A stretch of DNA of 64,000 nt, taken from assembly GCA_965235115.1 (NCBI GenBank), contig OZ249438.1, positions 20,026,001-20,090,000 on the forward strand, written 5' to 3'. Position 1 is the first letter of the stretch. The number at the start of each line of letters is the position of its first letter. The stretch is from Laetmonice hystrix (taxonomy: Eukaryota). The position numbers and the translations under genes were made by a program. The notes under the pieces were generated by a model. That model made no database searches, was not told the DNA's origin, and saw nothing but the letters and a program-made list of their open reading frames with translations. Shown one piece after another: positions 22,200-35,972 of the stretch.

Positions 22200-25100
22200 T
22201 AGAATTCTGGTTCCCAAACTCAATGAGGAGATGAGGGAGGATATTTAAATGACAAGCAGATTTATATCAATTCCATGTACCACAGAAGGTCTTTCGAGTG
22301 AAGCATCGTTAATGAGTGTACTTTAATGAGCTTTTCATATTTCTATGGGACTGAGTGAAACTATTGGACAAACTGTAATAAATTGGAAGAAAAAGGGAGT
22401 TGTAAAGGATCAAGAGAGCACGCCTTAAGGAGACTTGTCTGTATAATACTGATTTGCTACCTTCCTGTGACATGCGCGAGGCTTGCATCACAAAGTCTCT
22501 GTTTCATCGCACATAGCTATCTGTCAACCAGGAACATCTGTGTGCACAAAAAAATGTTTCTGAAGGGGGCAGAATAAAAAAAAACTCTGGACAAATTCTG
22601 TATTGGGCCTTGTGTTCAATGTAGTGGTACAGCATTTATCTCAGTAGCCTGGGGCAAGCTAGTAAATTATTACAATAAGGACCGCCTCACCGAAGGCCAT
22701 ATCTACCTGTCTGTACCCCACACCTGTCAGAGTATTCCTTACCCCTCTCAACCCTCCCCCCTTTCTCTTAACCCCACACATGGGTCGGGTTGATTCACCC
22801 CCACTCCGGTACTGATCGTTCAGACGGTCTGAGAACACAATATTGAACAGTGAAATATAGCGAACCTGTTGGGTGGAGAGAAGGAAAGTTTACTAATGAT
22901 GAAGAGGTAGCATGGCCCAGACCTCGCCTACGAGTGGGGAAAGTAAGCGGTAGGTCAGAAGTTAATAGAAGATAATCACATAATGTAATGAAGGCCGGGT
23001 CACTAGTGAGTGACTGGCACAGTCACGCTTGGAGCGACTCTTACAGCTATACTTACTGTCAGTTTATGGATAAACAATTGCAGAAGCAGAGCTACAAGAC
23101 CTTTTTGCCTCGCCGATGGGCCTCGGTCCCCCATACAATCAGCCACTGTTGCACATGTCAGGTGCTGCACCAATCCAACGCCTTGCTTGATGGATGGTGC
23201 TTTATTTGAACGCCCACAACAATTTTGTATCGAAGCGCCCGTTTCTTAACGAATCACACCTTCCTCTGCTATGCATTGTGAGATTTAGAAAACAATTTAT
23301 CCTTTTTCACAGGTTTTTGATTAGATATTGCTGAGGTTAAAGGCAATTTGGCATAGGTACAACATTTCAGAGTAATGTTCCCCGGTATATAGTGTAGAAG
23401 CTACATCGTTCTCATCCCTAAAGTGTGAAGTTTTAAATGAATTGGCAAACCGCTTCTGTTAACAAATTGAAATGTGGGAAAATGCAAAAGTGTAGGCAGT
23501 GTGCCATGCTGGGGAGATTGAAGAGTGTGTTTTTCTAAAGAAATATTTCATGCCCTTGAACCATATTTGATTAACTTTGCACGAAAAAAACTAACAGAAC
23601 ATGCTGTGCGACTGTGTTACTTTGTGAACTATGATTACTGAGTTTTCGTAGCTGGTTGAAACAACGGGTTACCGGTTGGGTTTTTTGTGGGTTTTTTTAG
23701 AGAGAGCGACCTCTGGTGGGGGCAGCTGCCCAGCAGGAGGCAAAGAGCGTCTGTATTGGGAGGTCAGCATTGCCGGCGGGGCTACCTTAAAGGGCCAGTA
23801 TTTATATTGCTGAGTGGAAGGAAGGGCCCGGCGGGCACAACGCCGTCGGTGGTGCATTCCTGCCACGCCCGCTAGAGGTCCTTCACAAGGTGTGTTTTGT
23901 GAGCGGACCTGAGCTGGCCTCCCTCAACGAACGCCCGCAATGTTACGTGCATCCGTTCATGTGTAGGCCTACCCGTCACGGCCAAGTTACAGAGGCATGG
24001 GTATTGATTTGCTGTGCAAATGGTGCAGTGTACATGTACAACTTAAACAAAAAGAGGCCCTAGTGAAAGGGCACTAATTATTAATTTCCAAAATCGTTTT
24101 GTTATAGCCCTATTATTTATCCTCGTTCAGAGCATTAAAGCAAAACATTAAATGTTTTTAAGGTCGGAACATTGAATTAAAAAATCTAACTCGAGAGGGG
24201 GCGCTCCTCTTGTAACGAAACACCAGAAAACTTGAACAAATCAATTCATGCCCTGTTACATTTCAGCAATCACAGTATACCACGTGCCTGCCTCTCAATA
24301 CCCCCACCCACCCACCTATCCACCCAGCCGCCATAGCCCTCTTTGGGACGAGCAGAAACCAATATTTACAACGTTTACTTGCCGTCAAGGTGGGCTTGGC
24401 ACAGTCGGGGGCCGCAGCTGTTGGTCGGATCGCATAGCAAGGCTGTGTGTGGGGAACACTGGCACCGTGTAAATATTGTATCGATACCCGTTGATCATCT
24501 CAGCTGGAGCCGTACTTCACCCCACGCACCCCAACCCCTGCCCCGCCGGCGAGGGGGTGGGGGGGGGCGGGGGTGGCTGGCATGCCATGCCACCACGCCC
24601 CTGTGATGACACCAACAACCATCCGACAAACCGAACTCGGTGTCAAATTAATTTTTCAAGAAGACGTCGGAAAATGTGACCGTTTGGTCAATACCAGTGT
24701 TACGTGAACTATAATACCACCCAAACAAAATCAAGTAGATCTACTCTCAACCATGCCGAGTAAATCCTTCCCAGATACTGTATGAAGTCGGTGACTTCTG
24801 TAATAGTGGTGCTAGAACATGTGTCCACATTCCTTATAAATTAGAGATAGTGAAATCTTTGTGTGTGGTGATATGGGGGTTTATCCGAATATTGGAGCCG
24901 ATAATTGCAGTATACTGGGTGGCGGAGTTATAATACGTGGTGGGTGGGTTTGGTGCCCACAGCCCGTCCATCGCCGCCCACCGGTTCACCCCGCCCGTCA
25001 CGCCACCTGGTGACAGACTCAGTGGGGGTCTGACCACTCCAGTCATTTTTCAATGAGTGGTGAAAGAGAAAATTGTGGTCGGGACTAGCAGCTCGAAGGC

Positions 25101-26487
25101 ATGTCCTGAGAAGTCAATATTTGTGTAGTGATTAAAGGCGGAGAGGGCAATAAGTCACGTGCAGTAATGTTGTCAAGTGGTGGTTAGCTGGGCGGCAGGT
25201 GGCCTCACAATACGGGCCGCACTCCTCCCAGGCTCAGACATTCTGTAATAATGTCGGCACCCGTTCAGACAGACCCCGTACAGCCGCTTGGATCACAGCC
25301 AGGGCAGTGTCTGTCCGCGTGAGAAACGCCGGCTTTTTCTCGCTTGATTCCCGCTCCAAAAACTGGCCTAGACCATGTTTGTTTTTGTCACATTAATTTG
25401 ACGACGGCATTGATTCATCTCGTTTGGTTACGACACTATGATGTTGTATGTCTGTTGGAACTTGAACAAATGTTATACTACCTCTTTTGATAAACAATAT
25501 TGTAATATAAATGTCATGAAAACATAGATATAAATACTAGAATTAAGCATAATAAGATATCGGTTCGTATACTTATATTTCAAATGAATGGTCGGGCGAG
25601 ATTGCCTTACGATTGTATACAATAAGTATGGATCAAGTAGGATCCTACTGAATAGCTGATAGAAACTTTCCCACATTTATAGAAATCTAATCTGGCAGCT
25701 TCTTTAATTTTTCTTTCTTTCTGTAGTACGCTGGGAAAATAACTGCCTATGGAAACTGTTTCTATTGTAGGGTTCTTGTGTGCACACAAGGATAATGTTT
25801 ACTGGTGGTTAGTAGACAAGGATAGATTCATGGCCACTGCACAATGGTTGTTGACATAGCAATCTCTCCACAGTTGCTGTATACACTGTTAATCACCAAC
25901 TTTTCTTTCACAGGTCACAGATTAAACATGCCATCATGTGTTAGTTTTGGCAGACTCAATCCTTGACAAAATTAGCGTCTAAAGGCATGGATATAAATGA
26001 CGATCTTGATATGAGACGATATGATATGGAACTCACTGGACCAATTCAAGCCGGTATATATCTTATAGAGAGTATCATAGTGATCATTGCCATGACGTTG
26101 ACGACCGGTGCTAAGGTTGGGGTTGTGAGAGTGAATTACCAGCGGTAAATGTTAAATGTGACACTGAGATTAAAACCGGTGATAGTCGGCTTTGATGTCA
26201 TCCGTCAAACATTATGCACGTGGTGAATGGCCGGGTGAAGGCGGCCCGCGCCCGCCCTGAGTGCAGGTGTTCACCACTGGTGTCTTCTTACATTTACCTC
26301 TGATAGCACTTACATGATGAATGCTTACAATCGGCACAGTGTGGGCACAGTCGGACGACACGGAGGTATACAGTTAAAATAGCAACTACAAGGCTGTGGA
26401 AGGGAGGTGTTTGAAGGTGTGATTCATGTCGTCTGCTGTGCCGACCGTGGCGTATCTGATAACACCGGCAGAGGGCGCTTCTGTGGC

Positions 26488-27996
26488 ACCCACCCTGCTG
26501 GTCACAGCCGGCCAGGTATCCCCCCACCCCACCCTACTGGTCACAGCCGGCCAGGTATCCCCCCCACCCCACCCTGCTGGTCACAGCCGGTCAGGTACCC
26601 ACCCCCCCTGCTGGTCACAGCCGGCCAGGTACCCACCCCCCTGTGGTCACAGCCGGCCAGGTACCCCCCCCCCACCCTGCTGGTCACAGCCGGCCAGGTA
26701 CCCCCCCCCCTGCTGGTCACAGCCGGCCAGGTACCCCCCCCCCCCCACCCTGCTGGTCACAGCCGGCCAGGTCCACCCACCCTGCTGGTCACAGCCGGTC
26801 AGGTATCCCCCACCCTGCTGGTCACAGCCGGCCAGGTACCCCCCCCCCCCCCCACACACACACACACACCCTGCTGGTCACAGCCGGTCAGGTACCCCCA
26901 CCCCCACCCCACCCTGCTGGTCACAGCCGGTCAGGTACCCCCACCCCCACCCCACCCTGCTGGTCACAGCCGGTCAGGTATCCCCCACCTTGCTGGTCAC
27001 AGCAGGCCAGGTACCCCCCACCCCCACCTCACCCTGCTGGTCACAGCCGGTCAGGTATCCCCCCACCCTGCTGGTCACAGCCGGTCAGGTATCCCCCACC
27101 CTGCTAGTCACAGCCAGTCAGGTATCCCCCCACCCTGCTGGTCACAGCCGGTCAGTTATCCCCCCACCCTGCTGGTCACAGCCGGTCAGGTATCCCCCCA
27201 CCCTGCTGGTCACAGCCGGTCAGGTATCCCCCCACCCTGCTGGTCACAGCCGGTCAGGTACCACCCAACCTGCTGGTCACAGCCGGTCAGGTATCCCCCA
27301 CCCTGCTGGTCACAGCCGGTCAGGTATCCCCCCACCCTGCTGGTCACAGCCGGTCAGGTACCACCCAACCTGCTGGTCACAGCCGGTCAGGTATCCCCCC
27401 ACCCTGCTAGTCACAGCCGGTCAGGTACCACCCAACCTGCTAGTCACAGCCGGTCAGGTATCCCCCACCCTGCTGGTCACAGCCGGTCAGGTATCCCCAC
27501 CCTGCTGGTCACAGCCGGTCAGGTATCCCCCCACCCTGCTAGTCACAGCCGGTCAGGTATCCCCCACCCTGCTGGTCACAGCCGGTCAGGTATCCCCACC
27601 CTGCTGGTCACAGCCGGTCAGGTATCCCCCCACCCTGCTAGTCACAGCCAGTCAGGTATCCCGGCAGGAGGACGGAGGTCCGGTGGTGGTGGTGGTGGGG
27701 TAAAGCCCCCCCCCCTGCTAGTCACAGCCGGTCAGGTATCCCCCCTGCTAGTCACAGCCGGTCAGGTATCCCCCCCCCCCTGCTAGTCACAGCCGGTCAG
27801 GTATCCCCCCCCTGCTAGTCACAGCCGGTCAGGTATCCCCCCTGCTAGTCACAGCCGGTCAGGTATCCCCCCCCCCCTGCTAGTCACAGCCGGTCAGGTA
27901 TCCCCCCCCTGCTAGTCACAGCCGGTCAGGTATCCCCCCTGCTAGTCACAGCCGGTCAGGTATCCCCCCTGCTAGTCACAGCCGGTCAGGTATCCC
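26488..27996. repeat. C-rich variable-length minisatellite (core CCCTGCTGGTCACAGCCGGTCAGGTA plus poly-C spacer), about 45 copies
   Basis: Conserved 26-nt core separated by variable C/CA tracts, interrupted at 27661-27705. The minus strand is G-run rich. Confidence 0.97.
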
Positions 27997-30900
27997 GGCC
28001 GGAGAGAAGGAGGAGTGATCTTGGGTTAATTGTTTTACAGTTGCCTATCCACTTAAACATATAGCTCCCAACACCCTGGCATAGAATGTGATCCATATTT
28101 CTTAATTTCACTGAAATTCTAACCATTGAATGAAGTTGGAAAGAAACGTTTCATGTAATCCATTATTGAATGGGAGGGGTGGTGTATAGGTAACCCTGAG
28201 CCTCCAGTTAATTCTAAAGTTATTAAAGTACATGTACCGTATGTTTATCTAGAATCTGGACTCATGGGCTAGCACCTATCATCGTTTGTATATACACTGA
28301 ATCCAGATGTGTGTTTTCAAAGCAATATCCACATTTAAGGTATACATGTACACAAACAATTCTTGCCAAAGACATTTGAAAAACCAACATTTAGGGGGTT
28401 GATGGGAACAAATTATAGGACAAACAAGCGACACTGGCGCCCCCTGCAGGGGTAGGGGGATAACCATGCATGCCGACCTACAAAACCCATTTTTTCGTTA
28501 TACCATCACGTAACATATTGTAACTCCAATTCTCAATTCTACCTTTCATGTTAACATTCATGGCATTATCATATTAAATGTGCATAATATAACGCTTTTT
28601 TCAGTGAAAGTACTTATACTGCGAGTGACTGTCATGTTTCAAAGATTTCCATCACCAGCTCCGAGACCTCGCAATTTTATTGGAGTAATTAAATCATGTA
28701 AAATATAATCAGTAAATGAACGAATACGGGAGGTGTTTTCTAACTTTTTACCTTTGACCATTTCTTGATGTAATTACATCTACTGGGATCTATTGGCGTG
28801 TAATCATAAAATAAGTTATGGGGGTTACCTCTGTTCAATAAAGCATGATAACGATATCTAGATTGAGAATGAATTAGGACACTGACTCTCAGCATTTGGT
28901 TTTTGTCCCTTTCTTGAGGGGTTATCTGGCAGTATAGTTTAAACAGTTTCAGATCATGTCAGAGTGTTATCTTGTCACCTATAGTTACTGGTATGTTAAC
29001 AAAGTGTATTTTTACTAAACTTCTAAAAAGACCTACAGTATCTATATAACAGATTGGCCACCTTTGTAATCCGACTGACTAATGTCTTTCGGAAAGTGTT
29101 GATAAGATTTTTATATGAAACCTCTGATTTATCCTCCTTATACCGGGATGGGAATCAAGCATGGTTAGAAAGATTACATAATCTAATTACCGATACAAAA
29201 GGGCCTTTACTCTCCGGTTATCGGGAAAGAGCGCTGTAATGATGCTATCGTATCCTGCATTCAAGAATTCCGGAAATTTCCCAGGTACATTCCTAAAAAG
29301 GGGGAAAAGTGAATATATAAGAAGTGTCACTTGAACAGAGCTGAGGAAGTTCACGTGAAATGAAAGAGAGCGGACTAGTATGTAACATCAAGTTTGTAGG
29401 TTGTGGAATGCGGGTCAGAGTTTGGCTACGTTAAAGATCATTATAAATACTAAGGCTGACAGAGTGAGAGGACTGGGACTACCTGTGATTGGTGACGTCA
29501 GACGGTATTTACAAAGAGGGAGCACAGATATTCGGCGGTCAGCGTGTATAGTAGCGCCAAGCACCGTACAGACACGGTGCTTTGAAGCTGACAGGGTAAG
29601 ATCTAGTTGCCCCTGAGAGAAAGTTGCCCTGTGATCTGCTCTCTACCTTACCCCCCGGGGGCCCCCTGACATGGGTCTGATGAGCAAAGCCAGGTGAGGG
29701 TCCGAGCCCCCCGCCCAATATGATCCCCTCGCCGACTGCCCCCTCGGGCCGCAGTTATATAAGTATATCTGTTGGTCCATTTCTCATGTACCCCTAGCTG
29801 TCCTAGAACATCGCCTGGCACAGCGGGGTTGGCAAATCGAGTTTCAACTGAAGTCGTAGCATTCACTCGCCGCCGTCCCCCCTGCTGACTTGTAAGCGCT
29901 GCCCAATTTGTAGGGTAAATAACTCGGCAATGTACGGGCTAAAAATTGAATGTGGTAGATTTAGCGTCTTAGTGGGACACATTGGAAGGCACTGAGTGGA
30001 ACTATTTAGTGCTCACTTAGGTAGTGTCCCATGGGCAGCTGCCTGCTGGGTGGGGTCGCGAGGTGGCCTTCTTGAGACTGATACTTTGGGCGGCACCGAC
30101 TGGCCCAGAGGTACACGCTCCGAACCCGGCGGGAACATTCTGAGTACCTTCTGTCTCCTGGTCAGCAGGCCTCACTGCGGGTCGGAGCGGGGAGAGAAAA
30201 CGCAATTAGAAAAATGAGAGCTTGAGCAGATTGAGCTAGGTGATTAACACTCGTGTTTATGTTTACGGTAGGTATACCCACTAATATTACCCGTTAACAT
30301 TGACAGGTTATAGAGACGCGACATTAGGTTTCCCTCCTGTTGAGCAGCAGCTTCACTTAACTCGGTAAAGAGAGCATGTCTTGAACGCATTTTAAGGACC
30401 ATTTTAAGTTTATTTGATAAAATTATATTCTCCTAGAAGGGAATGATCTAACAATTTTACAGTGACATGTGGTGGTATTGAAACGTCAGATTCATTGATG
30501 AAACTATTATACCATCTTTAATATCTGAGTCGGGTGACTCTTCATTGAAGTAAAGGCTACATGTAGTTATATCCGTTTAAGTTTTAATATCGGTGAAATT
30601 CTAGTTGAACATATGACCGAGACAGATAGTCAATTCCTATCGCAATGTCTGTTACAGTTTAACTTTTCTAAATAATACAGAGGAAAACTTTCCTGATATG
30701 TCATTTCTATTTACTGATAGTGAAAAAAGAAGATTGTTTCTGAGATCTGAACCAAATGGAATTTCCACAGCTTTAGGAAAATTCCCATGTTTACACTAGC
30801 AGGTCGGTCATGGTGAAAGCCGTAGTTAGAATGTTTGAATGATAGGGGTCATATACCAGGCTATCTCTTAAAGAGCATGTCAATTGGCTGCGGTTCCACA

Positions 30901-31547
30901 GGGTTGGCATCAATGACAATGACACATCATGAAGACCCAAAGATGCAGTCACCCTGAAGACTGCCTCCTATGCTTGTTTACGCCTGGTAAATATAATCCT
31001 TGCGCTGTTTGACAACACCTCAGTGAAGTCAGACCTGGGGACCAGAACGAGACATCAAGTCACCTATAGTGCCACTGTTACCGGATTAAAATATAGCAGT
31101 TATTTCACGACTAGCATTCTTTATCTCAGCAGCTTTTGATTATTAACTCCTCTGGTTTAAATCTCCTTGAGGTCACTTGACTAAACGTCCTTAAACCTAC
31201 GTCACTGTTGTGATTCCCTCCGTCAGCAGGTCATATACTAAGTGTATATATCAGGGAAGTTTACAATGTTATACTACATGATAGCGTCCATCTGAGAGGT
31301 TTTAGGGGTTGCTAACATTGTTTTGGTGATTATTCTAAGGAGAGTGTATGGATATTTGGTTAAGTAGAGAAAGTGGGAGCCAGCCTCATTGAGAGGGACT
31401 GGTGGGAAGGCCTGCAGCCTAACAACAGGTGACCGACGGCTCTATCAGTATACTAATGGCCCGCTATTATCTTAGTCATGGCGGGCTGCTCATTCGCAAA
31501 TCCCCATCTGCACTGACAGCTTCAGATAATGTCTGCTACTGCTGCTC

Positions 31548-31581
31548 AGTTCAAGGTCAGAGTTCACTGGGGTTGAGGTCA
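31548..31581 (+). promoter_or_regulatory. Cluster of four nuclear-receptor half-sites (RGKTCA)
   Basis: AGTTCA-AGGTCA-g-AGTTCA-(9 nt)-AGGTCA. Motif evidence only. Confidence 0.35.
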
Positions 31582-33002
31582 AGATGCATGTTGACAGATT
31601 GAAGAGGCAGGAAAAATGCTGGTTGGATCTATAGAGATGCAGGAGACTGTCACCGTTTTGTCATGACCAAAATAAAGTGGGCAGCTCGCTTGATCCTTAG
31701 TCGTAGAGCCCTCTTAAGAGTTTGGTATGAGGACGACTTCCTGCCCCAGCCCCCCTGCTGTCCCGCCCATAGGATGCTGGCAGAGGAGGAATTTGGACTA
31801 TCTTCCACGTGATGTGCTCGTATTGGTGAAGTGTACTTTTCCATCACGCTTGACTTCCTACCCAGACAGGAAATACCGCGTGCCTCAGCGACAGTGGATA
31901 CTTTCCACTGGCCGAGCACCCACATGATTGGGTACGGTTGGACCGGCTTCTGATTGGTTCTCCCGGTGAACGCTGACCGATGGAATCCTCTGAGAATAGT
32001 ATTGCCCCATTCTCTCAAATAGTATTACGTCAATCCGTATACCTCACAGGTGAAAGAGTAGAAACCTTTGGTATTCTGGACGCCAAATTATGTCAGCGTT
32101 CTTATTGGACCCCGCCATAATGATGTCAGCATGTTTCCCTGTGACGTCACAGTATGAACATATATGTTTACATTCTATTGTACCAGGTACAGCGGAAACC
32201 TTTCAACACAATTCTTTCATGAAATGAGGCAAAAATATTTTTTGTGAAGGAGTTACACAAAAAACAAACGTTCTGCGGAAACTTTTGGAAGAAGAAAGTC
32301 ACTAACTGCTCCGTATTTGCAATCTTTATGGACTCATTGACTCAAGAATGTGGGCGAGAATGTCAGTGTACGTTTGCCGAAACTTGAGGATTTCTCTTTA
32401 AGAAAGGAAGATGAAAGTTAGTGTTGTGAAGACAGAGAACAGGAGGTCCAAATGCCTGGAGTGAGCGACAGCAATGTTCGTATATTATGTGGGCGGGCGT
32501 TGATTTGTTGGTGGCCTGTAGCAGTGGTAACGAACATACTGCTGTCAGTTGACAGTTTAACTCCTGTAGTGATGTGTACGGCCGTCTGTTAGACACTCGC
32601 ATGGACTCAGGCAACTTCAACCCCGACACATTCATTGTCTTTCTTTCGTCTTCCATGACGCACGCTTTGAGGAAACATTTTCAACAACGAATTTTCTTTT
32701 AGAAGAAATACGCTATAACATGACCCATTAGGCGAATTAAACCTCAAAGATAGAAGATATATACTCGCCCGCCTTCCATTTTAACATTACTAGGAACTTG
32801 ATGCGTAGAGTTACGAGTTGTCCAAGTGACAATAAGACTTTTACTCTTCAAATGTAGGAATGTCATATTGATGCAATTATCGGATTAATATTACCGATAT
32901 GCATGTAAAATTGGAATCTCGATCCATTTTCTACATTCTCATAATCCAGTGACTATCTGTTTGATCGGCCATCCTGGAAAAGAAGGTTGTGTTCAGGTCC
33001 GC

Positions 33003-33386
33003 CCTTGGGGAGACAAACGGACAATCTCAATGGAATTAAACCTGTGCTCTACACGAATGGATCGCACCTTGGGGAGACAAACGGACAATCTCAATGGAAT
33101 TAAACCTGTGCTCTACACGAATGGATCGCACCTTGGGGAGACAAACGGACAATCTCAATGGAATTAAACCTGTGCTCTACACAGATGGATCGCACCTTGG
33201 GGAGACAAACGGACAATCTCAATGGAATTAAACCTGTGCTCTACACGAATGGATCGCACCTTGGGGAGACAAACGGACAATCTCAATGGAATTAAACCTG
33301 TGCTCTACACGAATGGATCGCACCTTGGGGAGACAAACGGACAATCTCAATGGAATTAAACCTGTGCTCTACACGAATGGATCGCA
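33003..33386. repeat. 64-bp tandem repeat, 6 near-identical copies
   Basis: Unit CCTTGGGGAGACAAACGGACAATCTCAATGGAATTAAACCTGTGCTCTACACGAATGGATCGCA. Copies start at 33003, 33067, 33131, 33195, 33259 and 33323. Confidence 0.97.
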
Positions 33387-35904
33387 TATACCGTTTCACA
33401 CAACTCACAACTTCACGCAGGATTCCCCACTAAATGCGTTTTTTTGTAGAACTGTTGGTAACTATACTGCGCAGTGGAAGTTAAATCCTAATTGCCTATT
33501 CACCCTACGTTAAACCTATATATCAACATAATAATGTCCCCCGCCTTATTAGTTTTTACAGCTGTTTTTAGCGTTGTCACGTTCCTTTTTTAAATCGCTG
33601 TGAAATATGTCGGTAGAGACTGTTTGATGTAGTATGTCTGTAGTGTAAAAAGGGACGCTGTAATTTGCTTGTAATGAAGAGCATACAATAGAGTATAGTG
33701 AGTGTAAGTGTTAAACAGTCGTTATTGAGTAAGTGAAGTCGGAACCCCCGACCATCCCGAACCCCAACCTATATCACCTGTACCAACATGAACCGAGATG
33801 ATGGCACTAAAGGTGTAAAGTATCGATTGTCTAATATATTATTATAATATTATATTTGGTAACAAAAATTGGAAGACCGAATATGTTGCCGATAAATACA
33901 AATAAGGCTTCTCATGTCACAATTTGAGGTCATTTTGTAATACATTATGGAAAGCAGGCTGCACGGTCGTTGTTAATCTTATATCTTATGTTAATTTGAA
34001 ATCTTCACAGGTGAATAAACTGACCACTGGGCAAGTCTCCATCAGGACGATATCAATTGACGAAATACATGTTGGTAATTCTCTCCGATACAGATATGGG
34101 ATACACGTAATACGTAATACGTAATACACGTAAATGCGTGTTCCTATAATATACAATTGTAAAACGAATTGATTCGGTAGGTACAACATTGGTCAGGTTG
34201 TTGTCATCGACCAGAAAGGTTCAAGGCTGATTCAGTCATCATGCCCACATTGGTCATGGTGAGTGACAGCCAGCCCACTGTTAGCTGGTCCGAGTCCGAG
34301 GCCATTGTCCAGCGCTGTCACGGCGGGGTGAGCATCACGCACGGGGCCGGGCGGGGCAGGCGACCGGCCGGGCGGCCTGGCCAGCCCCTCTGACGGACCC
34401 CGATGATAATAATGACCTGGGCCGTCGGCTCACCCCCCCCCCCCCGCCTCCAAACGATTCTAACCTGACGTGCCCGCGCCCCACCTGCACCCAATTAGAC
34501 CTGGGCACCGACCACTGGGTCACCATTCGCCCACCCAGTGCACATTCAGGCCCGGCTATTTCGGTGGTAGCCCTCCTCCCACCACCACAATTACCCCACC
34601 ATCCTCACCCCAATATTTCAGCTTCAGTGTTCACAACGATTGCGCCTTTATTCATTTTCCTGCCATGTTTGATTTTTTTTTAAATCATGGTTCTCCAGAA
34701 AACTTAAATCGGACTTTATGTTTATATAAGCACCATTCTGAATAGGCCTACTTCACCTACGGCACAGTTCATTAAATGTTTTCTTTATGCATATTTTGTT
34801 CATGGTAAACCTTATAATCAGGGTGTGAGGAGTACATTAATTCTTATGTCAACTACCAGCTATGATATATAGTGGAAAATTTCACCGTTTGAAATACGTA
34901 TGAGACACGGTCGGCGCAGCTCTACAATATGCGTGTACTTAACATTGAAGTCATCATATCGCAGCCGTTTTTCGGTCCTAGTTTACATCGCTCCGCCCTG
35001 GAGATAGTCACTAGTCTGGCCACTTGTCAACACTAACAGTGAACACGGCGGACACAGGGTGCACTTTTTGTCAATGGTGGGAGGTGACAATGGCTTGCCC
35101 TTATCAGCATGGCTGACATCCACTGACATTTATTTATCGCCCGTACGATTTTTCTCTCTTCAGATATTCTGGTGAGATGAATCTTGTAGGACAAAAAAAA
35201 CATACTCAGCGCTCTCTTTCTTACGTGATTTCCCTTGAAGTTTTTCCCCAGCCACCAGCAACCATACGTTTTTAGTTCCGACAACGACAAAAAACCACAC
35301 TCCAGATTTATTAGTGACAGCAAAGGTAGCGACAACTTTGTGAAATAAAGGAAAGTGGCAATCATCAGCGAAGTGACCACAGGCAAACGAGTTTTATGAC
35401 TTTGTGAGCGACAACAGCTCACAGACGGTACGTCAAACTCGGGGTCGTACGTCCCCCCTGACGGTGATGTAACCTCCTAATCACAGCTCGTCTGGCCGCA
35501 AGATATGGCCGATAGATGGCGCGCGCCATGCCTTCCCTCAGGTGTGTGCGGTGGCAGACACATAGAATGTACTTGGAGTGGGCCGACCAGTCCACTGGTT
35601 GTGTGACTGGCTGCAAACTGACACTAATCTGTCATATAATACAGTTATATAATATAACACTTAATTTCTTACATCCTATATAGCTATACTCCACGTATAG
35701 ACCGGCACTTAGGTATACGGAAATAAAGAGGACCTCTTGATATGAATGTCTACACCAGATGGCTGAAATAAAAATGGTTTGGCTTCAGGCATAATCATTA
35801 GGCTATGTGCTAATAATGATGTAAGATAGAGAGTGACAGGAAAGGACAGCTCCTTGTCCTGATATGATGCCAACCCATGTCATAGATCCTCTGGAAACAT
35901 TAAG

Positions 35905-35972
35905 TGGGTCCACGTTGTAATACATGGGCCCACGTTTATATGGGCCCACGTTTTAATATGGGCCCACGTTTT
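35905..35972. repeat. Four short imperfect repeats of TGGGCCCACGTTT
   Basis: Copies at about 35905, 35925, 35941 and 35959, with 16-20 bp spacing. Confidence 0.7.

Noticed and set aside
26407-27786. Pro-rich ORFs of 425-459 aa
   Set aside because: Low-complexity repeat with constantly shifting frame from variable poly-C tracts.
26488-27996. Conserved core with variable spacers, superficially CRISPR-like
   Set aside because: The spacers are just poly-C/CA tracts, the context is a eukaryotic intron, and there are no cas genes.
29670-29710. CTGATGAG, a possible hammerhead ribozyme core; also CTGACGA in the 102-bp repeat
   Set aside because: No stem II followed by GAAA on the same strand in either case.
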